In this document: one piece after another, positions 1-12,675 of the stretch
Position numbering within the stretch: the stretch's first letter is position 1
How the letters are laid out: the number at the start of each line of letters is the position of its first letter
NCBI RefSeq assembly: GCF_964355755.1
Contig: NC_092672.1
Coordinates: 19,791,237-19,855,236 of the forward strand
Origin: Antedon mediterranea
Taxonomy: Eukaryota; Animalia; Echinodermata
Length of the DNA stretch: 64,000 nt
Direction of reading: 5' to 3'
Made by a program: the position numbers and the translations under genes
Notes under the pieces: generated by a model
Database searches by the model: none
The model's input: the letters and a program-made list of their open reading frames with translations, nothing else
What the model was told of the DNA's origin: nothing

Positions 1-385
1 TACATGTTGTAATGGAGGTTGCCTATAGGCCTAGTATAGTGAGAGAGGACTTTAAAAACTGCTATTTATCAAAATTGACTTGGCATTTTTACTAAATTAC
101 TTTCAATAAATTATCTATAATTATATTAAATAATCATGAATCATTTTTTATTCAATGCAAAGTGTGCAAAATAGATAAAAAAACTATGACTCAGCTCAAA
201 AGTTTAATAAATGTATGACCTATCCGTTTCCATTATCGTATTCGTAAGGTTGCGAAACCTCCATATTAGTTGGTGCCATCATATATCAACATCTTTATAG
301 GCTATGTAGAATCTGTAGCAAAACTAGCATCGATATGACTTGCGGTTTTAATCAAATACTATAAATGAAAATAGAGAATATTTAA
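1..385 (+). repeat. Direct paralog of 21443-21897 (right half of a MITE plus unique flank)
   Basis: Near-identical sequence (gttgcctataggcctagt...gagagaggactttaaaaactgc...) at both sites. Homology continues ~120 bp past the MITE TIR gttgcgaaacctcc (249-262), which indicates a segmental copy. Confidence 0.85.
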
Positions 386-1120
386 TCTTCTATTTTTCCT
401 ACACCCCTCTTGCTTGTCTTCGTTCGGCTGATCAAAACCTACTACTTGTTCCTAGAATTAACACCAAATCTTATGGACAAAGGTCTTTTATGTTCTTCGT
501 GAGGTGGTTTCCCGAAAGATCGTAAAATCAAAACGGTACTGGGTATGACCAACTAGCGTTATTGTCACCGGCTAGTCATCCATTCATAGAAGTACTGATG
601 TAGTAGCCTACCTGTATATTTCTTGCACCTTTCTGCTGCCTTATGAATATACCATCTATATTGTTCACCCATAACACAAGGTTTGTTAAACATACCCTAC
701 TTAGAACAATTACTAAAATGTCACAGTGGACTGAAAATGTTAAGATATTTGCTCTATTTACATGTGATAGAACCGAGGTTTCAGGGTAATAACAGGAGAT
801 GTGGAGTTTGGTTATCGTCAAAACAAGTGAACAGTAAGCAGTACAAAACAGCAAACAGACCATGGACAATGACTGCAAGTTGGGTAGACACAGGGTTTTC
901 CGGTCCCATAGGGGATTTTGAGGGATCGAACCATAGCTATCTATTCCTCAATCCATACAATCCCACAAAGTAGTTTTCAAAAGAAACGGGTCACCAAATT
1001 ATAATTCTAATATATTATTATGGTATGTTTATGCCGTACATATTGTAGCAGAAACAGGGCCTATTTTACATTAATGGCTCATTGGGATGACTAAAGGTTG
1101 GTATTAATAGTAATACCTAA

Positions 1121-1266
1121 GGGTAGACTCACAGCGTTAGGTTTGTTATCCAACACAAGGTAATCCTCTCTTGCTAGGGTTACTATTAACGCAAATGGCG
1201 AGGCGTAACAGCTTCCTAACGGTAATCTGCAGCTTACATAACGCCACCGTGAGTCTGAACATACCC
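1121..1266. mobile_element. Short PIF/Harbinger-like MITE
   Basis: TAA|gggta...gactcac at the left end and gtgagtctgaacataccc|TAA at the right end, i.e. a 3-bp TAA TSD. A related terminus lies at 53424. Confidence 0.55.
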
Positions 1267-1780
1267 TAAGACACTGAACAGTACTATGTTTAAAAATAAA
1301 GGTGATTAATCAAAGACTCCAGCTGATAACTCCTCCACATAAAACTCCTAGAAAGTAGGAAGCCTTTTGTCCTCTTCCCTGACTGACTGAGCAGATATAT
1401 ATGATCTCTCTATTAATAATTTATATTGTAAACCTTATTATGTAAACAGAAATATCAATGAAAATTCTTCTTCACTAAAAAGTTTTTAAAGATATGCTAC
1501 ATTATTAGCAATTTACACCTAAATCCAGCCCTCAGTCTTAACCCTTTTCCAACATGCAATTTGTTTTTTGAGGATATTCACTACATTATTAGCAAATTAC
1601 CCCCTAAATCCACCCTTTTCCAACATGGCTGTTGAAAAAGTGTGTCATCCATTGGAATAGTTTTATTGCCAGTATTGTATGTCTGTGGATTTTCCATCTG
1701 AATTGACATAGCAGCAATCAATCATTGTGCCACTTATGAATTTCATGTGTGAGAGCATTTCCGGCCATCTAGAGGTGTCA

Positions 1781-3327
1781 TCTATATATAAATTTACGTA
1801 AGGGCAAAATTCGGTAAATCGCGCCTTACTTTTAGAATTTTTACTCGATGGTATGTAAAGTTGGTTCGTACTTTCGGTACTGATTTTAACCACCTGATGT
1901 AACCCTGTTTACTAATTAAATTAAGTTAGATAATTAGTTATTGACGATTAAAACGAATTTAGGTTCAAAGATTTGCCCCAAATAGGGGTGTTTTCCGATC
2001 GTGGTATACACTGTCTAATGGATGTCCATCTTGAAAAATACCCGCCACAAAAATGCGAGGAGGCTTCGCATTTTTCTATCTCCTCCTACGATAATTGTTT
2101 TTAATAGCTGAAAACCGGTTGAACAGTTCGAGTACAGCATCATAATGTTGAAGACAGGCCGATTTTCTTTAAAAAATACTATTTTGTTACATTTAATATA
2201 CGTTTTTACAAATGTATTGATTTGTGATGAATGGAACATTCCAAATTATTTGGTTTAACCATACAGGTATAGATTTAGATTTATGGGCCTCCTTGGAGAA
2301 TAAACATAAATAGTATTGCAATGCTGTACAATACTGTTAAGGTATTAACCACTTTTGATCGCAATTTGAATCGCAAATGTCTTACTGTGAGTGTTGGTAC
2401 TGTTAGATGTAATATAAAAATATATACAAATAAACTTTATTACTGTGAGTGTGGGTAGGCCCTACTGTTAGATTATAAACATATAATATACAAATAAACA
2501 TTCCAAATTATTTGGTTTAACCATAGAGGTATAGATTTAGATTTATGGGCCCCCTTGGAGAATAAACATAAATAGTACTGCAATGCTGTACAATACTGTT
2601 AAGGTATTAACCACTTTTGATCGCAATTTGAATAGCAAATTTCTTACTGTGAGTGTTGGTACTGTTAGATGTAATATAAAATATATACAAATAAACTTTA
2701 TTACTGTGAGTGTGGGTAGGCCCTACTGTTAGATTATAAACATATAATATACAAATAAATAAACGTTATTACTGACAGTTGCTTCTCAACGTTTGTATTA
2801 ATTAATAATTTAAAAATATATAAACGTCGTAGTGGTGTATCGTTACATGTACTTTACTATTTCAATCGACTATGACAGTGAGAGTTTTAACAAAGTACCG
2901 TATTAAATCGTAAATGTTTTACTGTATTTAGTGGTATATTATTTATAGGCCTATAAAACATTAAAAACAATATTTCGTTACTGAGTGGATAAGAATATAT
3001 TTTAAAATGTTTCCTCTTTGTACCTATCTTCTTTCCCCATCCCTCAACCCTTAATGTTACATACAAAACACAAATTGGGTTTGTTTAAATGAGTCCGAAT
3101 AAAAAAATTTGTTTCTCTCTCGGAAGTAATTCCCAGGGTGCTAATTTTGGTTGACTACATAAATCATTGTGTATATTTATTCGTTTCTGTAAACGACAAT
3201 GTATTATAGTCCTGCGGTACGTACATTTGAAATCTCCATTTTTTTCTCGCTGGAAATACTGTGTATTCGAGAACCATCTGTGGGCACGACCTAGATGGTA
3301 CGCGAGCGAAGCGAGCGTGCCATCTAG
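1781..3327 (+). mobile_element. Non-autonomous Helitron (copy A)
   Basis: A|TCTATATATA 5' end. The 3' hairpin CTAGATGGTACGC...GCGTGCCATCTAG ends in CTAG|T. No TSD. Both ends are shared with 44148-45606, and the 5' end with 12676-12992. Confidence 0.85.
2236..2760 (+). repeat. Tandem duplication (~262-bp unit x2) inside Helitron A
   Basis: ttccaaattatttggtttaacc at 2239 and 2501; the two units are nearly identical. Confidence 0.9.
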
Positions 3328-5327
3328 TTTAACAAAATTTGCTTTAAATCCCGCTCCCTTTTCAGATCCAGGCCCTGGACATTTGGGCAATCCCCTTACG
3401 ATAGTCCTGCTACCGCCCCTGTTAATAATTCTAAGCATGTGAAACAAAATACTGATTATTGATTATTTGAAAGTGGATAATTTAAAAACATAAAATATGT
3501 TGGTATCACATGGATGACACACACACAGAGTGATATATCACTTTGTTAGTTTGTTAGTCTTGTGCTGCTATCTGTATCGTGGTATTCAAGCTTTAAAGTT
3601 TAAAAAAATTAAGATAAAATGAGTTGAATATTTATTATTGAAATGAGTAATTATTATTCAATTACATAATAAAAAATTAGTTTTGATAGCTGAATTCAAT
3701 TAGCTTGGTGTTTATGAACATTACTATTACTACATTAATACATAACTTGCTTGCTCATCTTGATTGTGCTAAATACTTATGCTAGGGTTTTATTTCTAGA
3801 TTTTTCGTCCTCTTTTAATTCTATACAATCAAGTATTTTAATGAAATCAGTAAAACAGCTTAAAGAATAATAGGAACTAAAGAGAACACTAAAGATATTG
3901 TTAAAAGTGCAATAAGTAAAAAGTAATTATGTCGGATGAGTATCACCCTTCCTCACCATTATCTTGTCTTGTAAGTCAGGGCGTTTAATATTGTTGGTGT
4001 TCCACTTTAGTGCTTGTTGACAATTAGGCTTAAATATAGTTGTTACTGTGTGCAAAACAATATCAGTTTTTTGTGGCAACAGTGTATAGTTATATGCTCT
4101 AATTTAAAATATAATCTTTAATGTGTATTATTATCAATACATAATGCTATACATTATGTTTTTTCATGCTATGGTCATAAATTTCCATTTGAAACACTTT
4201 ATAAAACATTGAAAACAATAGTGCCTTCACCATTTTATTAAATTAATATTTTTTTAAACAGTATTTAATCAATAGTATGTTATTTTGTAGGGTTTTAATA
4301 AAGTTACTGTAATTACTTCCGTAGAAAAAAAATGGTGTTTTCACTTATAAAATGACAAATAAATGGTTAAATTCAACAAAAACCCATTGGCTGGCAGCCA
4401 ATTTGAAAATTTTTTCTTTAAATTATTTATTTTGAAATTTTTTTTTCAGGGGCCATTGCATTTTTAACAAAAAAACTTCAAAAACAAAAAAAATTTCACA
4501 AAGCTTCAATTGTTCTTACATGATTTTGTATTTTAAAAGCGCAATTTTTTAAACAAGTCACTTAAATGCCCTATGATCCCTGTGTATTATAATGATCAAA
4601 GATGCTAGTTGTACTGAATATTTTAGTAATGACATGTTTTATTCATCATTTTTAGTAATGCATTTTGCCATACACTCTTTTATTGTCAACACACTACCAA
4701 CTCCGTCCACCACCTCCTCATCATTAAATAGTGAAGAGCAATGATATTAAAGGATGTAACTTAGACCCATATTAGACCCATTTTTAGTTTGTAATTATTT
4801 TTTCCATAATACATTACAAGGGCCTATACATTTTATATTACACAGTGCCATCACTCATCATTTATTTTACTTAAATTCTGTTTATATTGTTAGCACTTTC
4901 AGTACCAGTGTACTGTTCAATAAAAACCCAAAAATCTGTACAAAATTTTATTTAATTTAATTTTTTTAGACCTTTTTTACAAAACAACTTTATTGAAATA
5001 GCATTTAAATTTAAAAAAAACTATTACCAGCATTAAACTAGATGATGATTTCATTTCATTATTCGGTCTATTTCAGTATATACAAAAAAAATGAAATTGG
5101 GGAGACCAGGGTCAACCTAAGTGAACTTAATCACTGAGACTCTAAGCTCACTATGTCGGTCGGTAGGTCGGTCGGTAAACACTAACTCAAATTTGCACAC
5201 ATACGGCCTTGTTAATCATCTATTTAAATAATAATAAATACAACATAGTATAAAACTGACTCCAAATAACAATGATTCAACGTTTCAAACTTTATTTGAT
5301 CATCATCAGGAATGATGATAAAATGTA

Positions 5328-6180
5328 TTATTACTGATCCTCAAGTTTAACTGGAAACTGAGGAAATTCGGATTAGGCCCTCCACGGACCCACGGCAGCC
5401 ACCAGTGCAGCGACTACCAGATCAGCACACCGGGAGACGATCCCCTACTCTTTTCGAATAGTGTACCAAGTTCTTTAGCGTGCACTGTTAAGTACACGGG
5501 ATCAACGGCTTTACGTCCCATCCGAAGGACGAGGCAATGAGAGTAAAGCATCTTGCCTAAGGATGCAATTTGTCATGGTACAGATAACCTCGAACCCTCG
5601 AAACCTTGACTCAGAAATACCGGGATGGTGTCCGGCGGGAGATAGTTTAACCCTAGCTTAAGTTGTGCATGCTTCATTTACTCTCTATTGTTAATTCTGT
5701 CCCCGAAACCTTGACTCCGAAATACCGGGATGGTGTCCGGCGGGGGATAGTTTTACCTTAGTTAAGCATAGTTAAGCATAGTTAAGCTTTGTAACATTTT
5801 TTTTTCTCACATTATTGATTGTCTCCATCCCCGAAACCTCGACTAAGAAATACCGGAATGGTGTCCGGCGGGGGATAGTTTATTACCATTATTTAAGGTC
5901 CTATGTAAAGCACCTAGAGGGGTCAGTGATCCATTAGGCGCTATATAAATACTGTTTATTATTTATTATTATTATGCCTATCACATGCTAGTTCGATATT
6001 ACCTTTCCCATGCCTATCACATGCTAGTTCGATATTACCTTTCCACCATCACTCTCTGGTGTATATACAGCACCCGCCGCTATTTCTAGACGGTCTCTCA
6101 TCCAGAACGCAACCGGGCCCAACGTTGCTTAACTTCGGTGATCTGACGAGAACCGGTGTTTCAACGCAGTATGGCCGTAT
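5328..6180 (-). mobile_element. 5S rRNA-headed SINE with Nin/Deu-type core (copy 1, interrupted by an L2-type fragment)
   Basis: Reverse complement of 6062-6180 is 5S-like (tacggccatactgcgttgaaacaccggttctcgtcagatcaccgaagttaagcaacg...). The core cttcggatgggacgtaaagccg...aagagtagggga...ccggtgtgctg resembles the Deu/Nin domain. Flanked by ~150-bp direct repeats at 5190-5327 and 6181-6331. Confidence 0.85.
5597..5973 (+). mobile_element. L2-type 3' end fragment with 3 internal ~50-bp repeats
   Basis: Absent from the paralog at ~34055. Contains three copies of cgaaacc.tgact..gaaataccgg.atggtgtccggcgg and ends in tgtaaagcac...aggcgctatataaat + (tat)n, typical of L2 tails. Confidence 0.65.
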
Positions 6181-6999
6181 AATTTGCACACCTGACTAAA
6201 GTCATGTATACGGCCTTGTTAATCATCTATTTAAATAATATTTACAACATAGTATAAAACTGACTCCAAATAACAATGATTCAACGTTTCAAACTTTATT
6301 TGATCATCATCAGGAATGATGATAAAATGTAAGCATTATTGTTATTATTATGGAATGCTTTATTAAATAGGTAACAGCAGTGAGCACCAGTGCTTTGCAC
6401 AGTCTGTAGTATAATTAAAATGATTCCATCTTCTATCATTGTTATATTTATTCATCTTCTTCATCATTATAAGACAATAACAAACAAACTCGTTTAAATA
6501 TAAATCTACCCACTGTAATGTTGGTGTTGCTACAGTTTTTCATATTTTAGAACAATGACAGATTATCAATGCTTACTTTATAGCATTCATTCAAGTATAA
6601 GCAATAATGTCAACAGTATACTATTTGAAAATCACAAAATAAAAAGATCAACTTTAATGATTTTGTAAAGCTTAATATTTGTTAACAGAATGTCAAACTT
6701 TTATTTATCCACAAAATATCAAAGATTAAAAATAAACTTTAAAAATGTTAAAACAGTGATCGTGCCTTAAGTTGCAAAGTTCAAAAGGATGAACTAAATC
6801 ACCTAATAAAAACCTTAAAAGAGGCTACGAGGATGCTTGTTTTTATTGTCATTATTGAATAAATGTTATTGAATTGAAATTAAATTGAATTGAATTCACA
6901 GCCTACACATATAATAATATACAAATAATGAATGTTTATGAGTGTAATGGTACAAATAATGGCACGAGGTCAATGATGAAAGGTTATATATCAGCGAGG

Positions 7000-7182
7000 C
7001 GACAGCGCAATGTTGTGTCTTGATCTAACCGGGTACTCATTTTATACACCTGGGTGGAGAGAGGCAAACGTAAGTAAAGTACCAATTGCCTATTAGATAC
7101 AAGCAATGCGGCGAGAGTTGGATTCGAACCTCGATCTCATGATCAGTAGTCGAATGTCCAACATACTGCGCCACACGCCTTC
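7000..7182 (-). mobile_element. tRNA-derived SINE fragment
   Basis: Reverse complement shows A/B-box-like gtgtggcgcagt...ggttcgaatcc. The body acacctgggtggagagaggcaaacgtaagtaaag is shared with 52186-52420. Confidence 0.7.
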
Positions 7183-8108
7183 ACGAGGTATTATATAATA
7201 TACAATAATAACAAAATATGATATTTTAATTAAGTTAAAAATGAAAAACTACAATGTGTATTCCCTTTGCGTACTGTACACCCATTTTTTATTGTTGCAA
7301 AGTTTCAAAATGACGCAATGAACTTTACTGCGTCCATTGGATTGAATGTTAAATCGACCAAATATAAGTCCTGATAATGAACAGAACAGAGTATGCTCAG
7401 TATATTGAATAGAACAGAGTCTGCTCAGTATAATGAACAGATCAGAGTATGCTCAGTATAATGTGCATAAGCATGCGCAGATTAATATTTTGTGTAGATT
7501 ACCATATCCTTTCATCTACCGTCCACCTTCGTCTACCGTCCTGTCATAAAGTCGCTAGTAGGTTTTATTGTAAATTCAGTGATTTCAAATTTTAACAGCA
7601 CACCACATGCAACAGCTGTACTAAATAGTAGTACTAATTATTGTCAGTATTTTCATTTCTATTGTAAATAAATAGTCAACAGATACCTCTTAGAATCAGG
7701 CTTCTGAGTCATGTCAGGCATACATTCTACTCATTCACTCTTTATCAAAATTTGGGATTTTTAAAATGCCTTTCTTAATTTCCATCATATATATTCATTT
7801 ATGACTGACAATTTCATTCTTATAGTTTCATTCTACTGTAAAACAATAATAGTCTCTTTTTCATTACATTCAGCCTCTTACATTAACATTCAAATTAATT
7901 CAGAATAAATACATTTGGATGATGAAGCCTAAAAAATACAGAATAACTAAAATACAAATATATTTTGATTTTCATTATACATTACTTATTATACTCCATT
8001 TTATAGGTATAAAACATACAGTGCTATAGTTTATAGTCAAACAGAAATAAAACTTTGTTTAATTTGGTTGCCAGCGCAATGTAGTCGCTACGCAAGTGAG
8101 TTGACCAA

Positions 8109-10750
8109 TATTTATTTATTTATTTATTTATTTATTTAGAATTACACCTTTAGATCGGTGGCACACTTAGCACAAAGGTGCATCCTTCACAATATAAAAT
8201 ATAACAATTAACAGAAAAGTAAAAAAAGGCAAAAGCAACTATCAACCCCTATCCTACCCCCCCCCCCCTCCCAATTTACATCGATACATACAGTAGATCA
8301 TTACTTTACACAATGAATACAAAACAAGATATAGTAAAAGTGTATAAAATAAAATAAAATCAGCTGATAAACACAGCTTATTACGAAAAACCCCCAACTC
8401 CTCCCCCCCCCCCCCCACTTTTTCTCAATTTACTTAATGTAGCAATGTAGATAACATAGTTATTGAGTCATGGAATTCAGTGAATCATTTCGAAATTGCC
8501 ATGCTTGTTTTAGGTATCTTTTACAAAAACTATCCAAAATATTTTCACACTCTTCATCAATTAAATTATCTGAGTATCCCAAAATATATTTAAGTTTGTC
8601 ATTTTCAGGAGAAGTATAAAAAGTATCAAACATATCTTTGCTGCCATTTCTATACATATCCACATATAAATTAAATAATTCCTGATTACGTATATTATTT
8701 AAAGCTGGACAATTAAGGATGAAATGATGGATGTCTTCGTCCGAATTTGTACCGCACAATTTACATTTTTTATTATTATCAATATTCCAATTTGCAGTTC
8801 TATCATTCAAAGGTAGAGTATTTGAACGAGCTTTAAATTTTAATGCAGCACCTTCAAAATTAGTTTTATCAATTAAGTAATTTTCAAGTCCAGGTTTTGA
8901 TTTTAATGTTTCATAGATGTGGAGACTTGATTTATTTTGTAATTCCATTCTCCATTCATCTATCATTATATAGTTAAGTTTTCTTAAGATTTCAGTAATT
9001 GGAAAGTAGACTTCTTTATAATTTGAGAGAGTGGTGAAAATATTTTTGGATTCACAATTACACTTCAAGAGAATATCGTTTATACAAGATAGAAACTTAT
9101 ACCTTAAGTCTTTAAATTCACAATTAAGTTGTAGCATTCCAATAAACATAATTTTTGGCCATCGATAGTTTTCCATCTTTATAATTCTATGGAAGTATTT
9201 CATACGAAGAGCGTTATGAATCTCGTTAATTGGAGACCAACCAAGCTCTCCATATAAGGCGGCACAAGGTGTATTTCGAGGTGCTTTTAAGATATAACGT
9301 GCCATTTGGAGCTGGAGACGCTCTAGTTTATCTATATCTATTCTACTTAAAGAGCACCATACTGAACAACCATAGTTGATAGATGGGAGAACTATCGATC
9401 TCCACAGAATATCCCCATAATATACTCTGTTAAAGTTATCAAAGCTACTGATAATTGATTTAACGTACGCTATTAATCTTTGACCTTTTTTTATAACATT
9501 CTCAATTTGTATATGGTCATTTAATTTACGAGAAATATGTACACCGAGATATTTATATGATTCAGTTTCAGATATAAAGCCATTACCTAATTTCCATTGT
9601 CTTACTTTATCAACACGTTTACCAGTTATCAGTATATTTGACTTTTCAAAATTAAAGCATAATTTCCATTCCTTAGCAAAATTTCCTGCAAGGTCTAACA
9701 TTCTTTTCATTTCCAGTTCATTGTTAGCTAATAATACAATATCATCAGCCCAAAAAAGGCTACCCATCCATGTATCATTTATTCTAATACCTATATCCTT
9801 GGATCTTAACATTTTGGTAAACTCATTTATGTAGATGCTAAATAAAACAGGTGATAAAACGCACCCTTGCTTTACTCCTTGATCAATATCAAAAATATCT
9901 GTATCAATTATACCAGAGGAGACTTTACCTTTAACATTAGCATAAAGCTTATCAATCATCCTCCATACCTTTCCTCTTATTCCTGTATTCCAAATTGATT
10001 TCATTAAGCCGTCTCTCCATACACTATCAAATGCTTTTCGGAAGTCCAAGAAGGCCATGTATGTATGCTTACCCTGTTGTAAGCGACAAGTTGCTATACT
10101 CTTTAAAACAAAGATATGATCTTCGCATCTATACAAAGGTCGAAAGCCTCCCTGGACTTCCGAAAGAATAGCATTGTCTTCAAGATAGAGAGAGATATTT
10201 TTGGCAACTATCCTATTAAAAATTTTGGATATACAAGAGGTTAACGATATCCCTCGATAATTATTGAGATCACTGCGATCCCCTTTTTTGTAAATAGGAA
10301 CAATTACACTAATATTCCACTCGCTTGGTATTTGTTCTAGTTTTAAAATTTGTAAAAATAGGTCTAATATAGATCTGATTAATTTGTCGCCACCATTCTT
10401 AATTAATTCATTTGTTATATTATCTAGACCTGGTGACTTATTATTCTTTGCCATTAGTATAGCCTCTTTTACAATATCATAATCTATCTTAACATCATAC
10501 AAACAATTTTCGTCAACATCTTTATCATATGTTGTTTTTGTTTGATTTCTAATATCATTAACAAAACGACTTGTAAGGTAAGTACCGCAATCATTAAGAT
10601 TCATATTGGCTTTGCCAAGATTTTCCCAGTAATCTTTTACAACCTCATTCATTTTCCCTTTTTCGACAATGTTTTCACCAGAGTCTCTTGATTTAATACA
10701 TTGAATGTTTTTACTGTTATTTGTATTGCCTTTTAGCACTTTCCAAAACA
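8109..10750 (-). mobile_element. 5'-truncated non-LTR retrotransposon (RTE-X/RTE-like LINE)
   Basis: Contains the RT ORF, a 3' UTR with G-runs and a (TAAA)n tail at 8109-8138. No endonuclease domain is present. Confidence 0.85.
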
Positions 10751-10802
10751 ATAACAATAACAAGCAACAGTTCGTATAATCCATCACATCGTGATTGGTC
10801 AA
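8460..10802 (-). CDS. LINE ORF2 reverse transcriptase plus C-terminal CCHC zinc finger (N-truncated; homology starts at ~10745)
   Basis: Motifs KSPGLDNI, PIYKKGD..NYRGISL, QGGFR, FLDFRKAFDSV, GVKQGCVLSPVLF, FWADD, YKYLG, CKLC..EDIHHFILNC. Uninterrupted frame. Confidence 0.95.
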   Translation of the reverse strand: MTNHDVMDYTNCCLLLLLFWKVLKGNTNNSKNIQCIKSRDSGENIVEKGKMNEVVKDYWENLGKANMNLNDCGTYLTSRFVNDIRNQTKTTYDKDVDENCLYDVKIDYDIVKEAILMAKNNKSPGLDNITNELIKNGGDKLIRSILDLFLQILKLEQIPSEWNISVIVPIYKKGDRSDLNNYRGISLTSCISKIFNRIVAKNISLYLEDNAILSEVQGGFRPLYRCEDHIFVLKSIATCRLQQGKHTYMAFLDFRKAFDSVWRDGLMKSIWNTGIRGKVWRMIDKLYANVKGKVSSGIIDTDIFDIDQGVKQGCVLSPVLFSIYINEFTKMLRSKDIGIRINDTWMGSLFWADDIVLLANNELEMKRMLDLAGNFAKEWKLCFNFEKSNILITGKRVDKVRQWKLGNGFISETESYKYLGVHISRKLNDHIQIENVIKKGQRLIAYVKSIISSFDNFNRVYYGDILWRSIVLPSINYGCSVWCSLSRIDIDKLERLQLQMARYILKAPRNTPCAALYGELGWSPINEIHNALRMKYFHRIIKMENYRWPKIMFIGMLQLNCEFKDLRYKFLSCINDILLKCNCESKNIFTTLSNYKEVYFPITEILRKLNYIMIDEWRMELQNKSSLHIYETLKSKPGLENYLIDKTNFEGAALKFKARSNTLPLNDRTANWNIDNNKKCKLCGTNSDEDIHHFILNCPALNNIRNQELFNLYVDMYRNGSKDMFDTFYTSPENDKLKYILGYSDNLIDEECENILDSFCKRYLKQAWQFRNDSLNSMTQ

Positions 10803-11117
10803 TTTGCTTGATTTAATTTACACAAAAATTGGATAGACTACAGACAAATGGACAGACTAAATGTTGGGACAAACAAACTAATACATGCAATAATTACTCA
10901 GTAATCACCTCTGTAGTCCCATGGGTACTTTTTTACATAGTTATTGATTTACAGTGCCTTAAAATATTCTTTAAATAATAATTGTGTAAATGAATTTGAC
11001 CAGGACCTTACCATGCCAATCCATATCAATACTTTGAGTTACAATTGTAGATAGTATATTGATATTCATTTGTAGCTACAAGGCTTCATTATCTTAAGAT
11101 TATTAGAGTATGCGTAA

Positions 11118-11556
11118 CAGCAGTATGATCATACACACTGTTTATATTTTGTTTGGTGTAACGAGTACAGGGGTAGGCCTATAGCTACTGCAGTAGGTCA
11201 TAATCACTGTTTATATTTTATGTGGTGTAGTAGGTACAGGGGTAGGCCTATAGCTACAGCAGTAGGTCATACTCACTGTTTATATTGTGTGTGGTGTAGT
11301 AGGTACAGGGGTAGGCCTATACAGCAGTATGATCATAATCACTGTTTATATTGTGTGGTGTAGTACGTACCGGAGTAGGCCTATAGCTACTGTCAGCAGT
11401 AGGTCATAATCACTGTTTATATTTTATGTGGTGTAGTAGGTACAGGGGTAGTCCTATACTAGCTACAGCAGTATGATCATAATCACTGTTTATATTGTGT
11501 GGTGTAGTAGGTACAGGGGTAGGCTTATAGCTACAGCAGTATGGTCATAATCACTT
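11118..11556. repeat. Minisatellite, ~69-bp unit x ~6
   Basis: cactgtttatatt...ggtacaggggtaggcctatagctacagcagtaggtcataat recurs at 11136, 11205, 11274, 11340, 11411 and 11484. Confidence 0.9.
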
Positions 11557-11790
11557 ATAGGGTTGGAAATCATTCAAATATACACACTGTTTATATTTTG
11601 TGGTGCAGTGGGTACAGTAGTATGGCTGCATCAGTGTGATCATACTCACGTAGGGCTGGAAATTAAAAGTATGGTAGTATATGTGACCTGCTTTTAGTCT
11701 AGTTGACAAAGTTATTGAACTTGATTCTTCAGTATGTAAACATTTAAATATTTGAATTAATACTAAAGATTTCTTAAAACAATAATTGCA

Positions 11791-12402
11791 TTGCTCCGAT
11801 ACTATCAAGCAGTGATACGACCAGTTCTCGAATATGCCTGTGCTGTTTGGTCCCCGAGTTTATCCAAAGCACAATCTGACCAAATCGAACATGTCCAAAG
11901 AAGAGCGTGTAACATAATATACCCCGATGATACCTCGTATGCTGATACCCGCAGATACCTTAACATCATCACTCTATCTGAACGCCGCGAGAAGTTGTCA
12001 AGAAAATTCTTTGATAAAATGAAAAAAGAAGATCATATATTATACTCTCTCTTACCTAAACCTCCCACACACAACCATCAGCTCCGACGCGTAGATCGTT
12101 CACCCTCTCCAAAGTCCGGACACAACTCACAAAAAACTTTCCACGGAGTTTTCAATGATTGGTGAATGATCATAAACTGAGTTATGATAAGCAAATTGTG
12201 AACCCCTTTTGGTTTGTGTTACTGGATGTACTATGATGGCCATTGAAAGACTGATTTGTGGACTATGATATATTTTAGTATTACTTGTTTGGACTGTGTT
12301 ATACTATGTTTTTTTTATATATATTTACTATTATATTTATGTCAACTTCATCACTGTTTACTTGATGCAATAAAGGAAATAAATAATAATAATAATAATA
12401 AT
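11791..12402 (+). mobile_element. 5'-truncated CR1-type LINE (ORF2 C-terminus + 3' UTR)
   Basis: Peptide IRPVLEYACAVW..IEHVQRRA..TLSERR. (aat)n tail. 10-bp TSD AATAATTGCA at 11781-11790 and 12403-12412. Confidence 0.88.
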
Positions 12403-12675
12403 AATAATTGCAAATGAAAAGATGCTGATTTTTCTAAATGTCAGGCCTTCTATCTGATGGTTTGTATCCTAATATAATTGTTTGGCGACTTTTTCAATTT
12501 CATTTTATAACTTGATACAACTAATTTCAACATTTGCTCTTCTAGTACTCCTTTTTAATTTTATCTGAATTGTTCACATTCCTCAAATATGTATCATGGA
12601 TGTTCAAAGGAGACTTTAATACCATATAACCATAACATGTTTATTATAGGCCTAATAGAGAGTTTGTTTACATTT

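Larger units (their letters stand above)
4320..7552 (+). repeat. Segmental duplication, paralog of intronic 32666-35363
   Basis: Collinear near-identity from cgtagaaaaaaaa...cacttataaaatgacaaataaatgg to ctgtcataaagtc. This copy carries extra L2-type and SINE insertions. Confidence 0.92.

Noticed and set aside
1663-3447. Short ORFs such as MVKISTESTNQLYIPSSK repeated at 12880
   Set aside because: They are incidental frames in non-autonomous Helitron copies.
10750-10802. N-terminal signal-peptide-like CCLLLLLF of the 780-aa ORF
   Set aside because: Read-through into flanking sequence beyond the LINE truncation point, with a non-ATG start.
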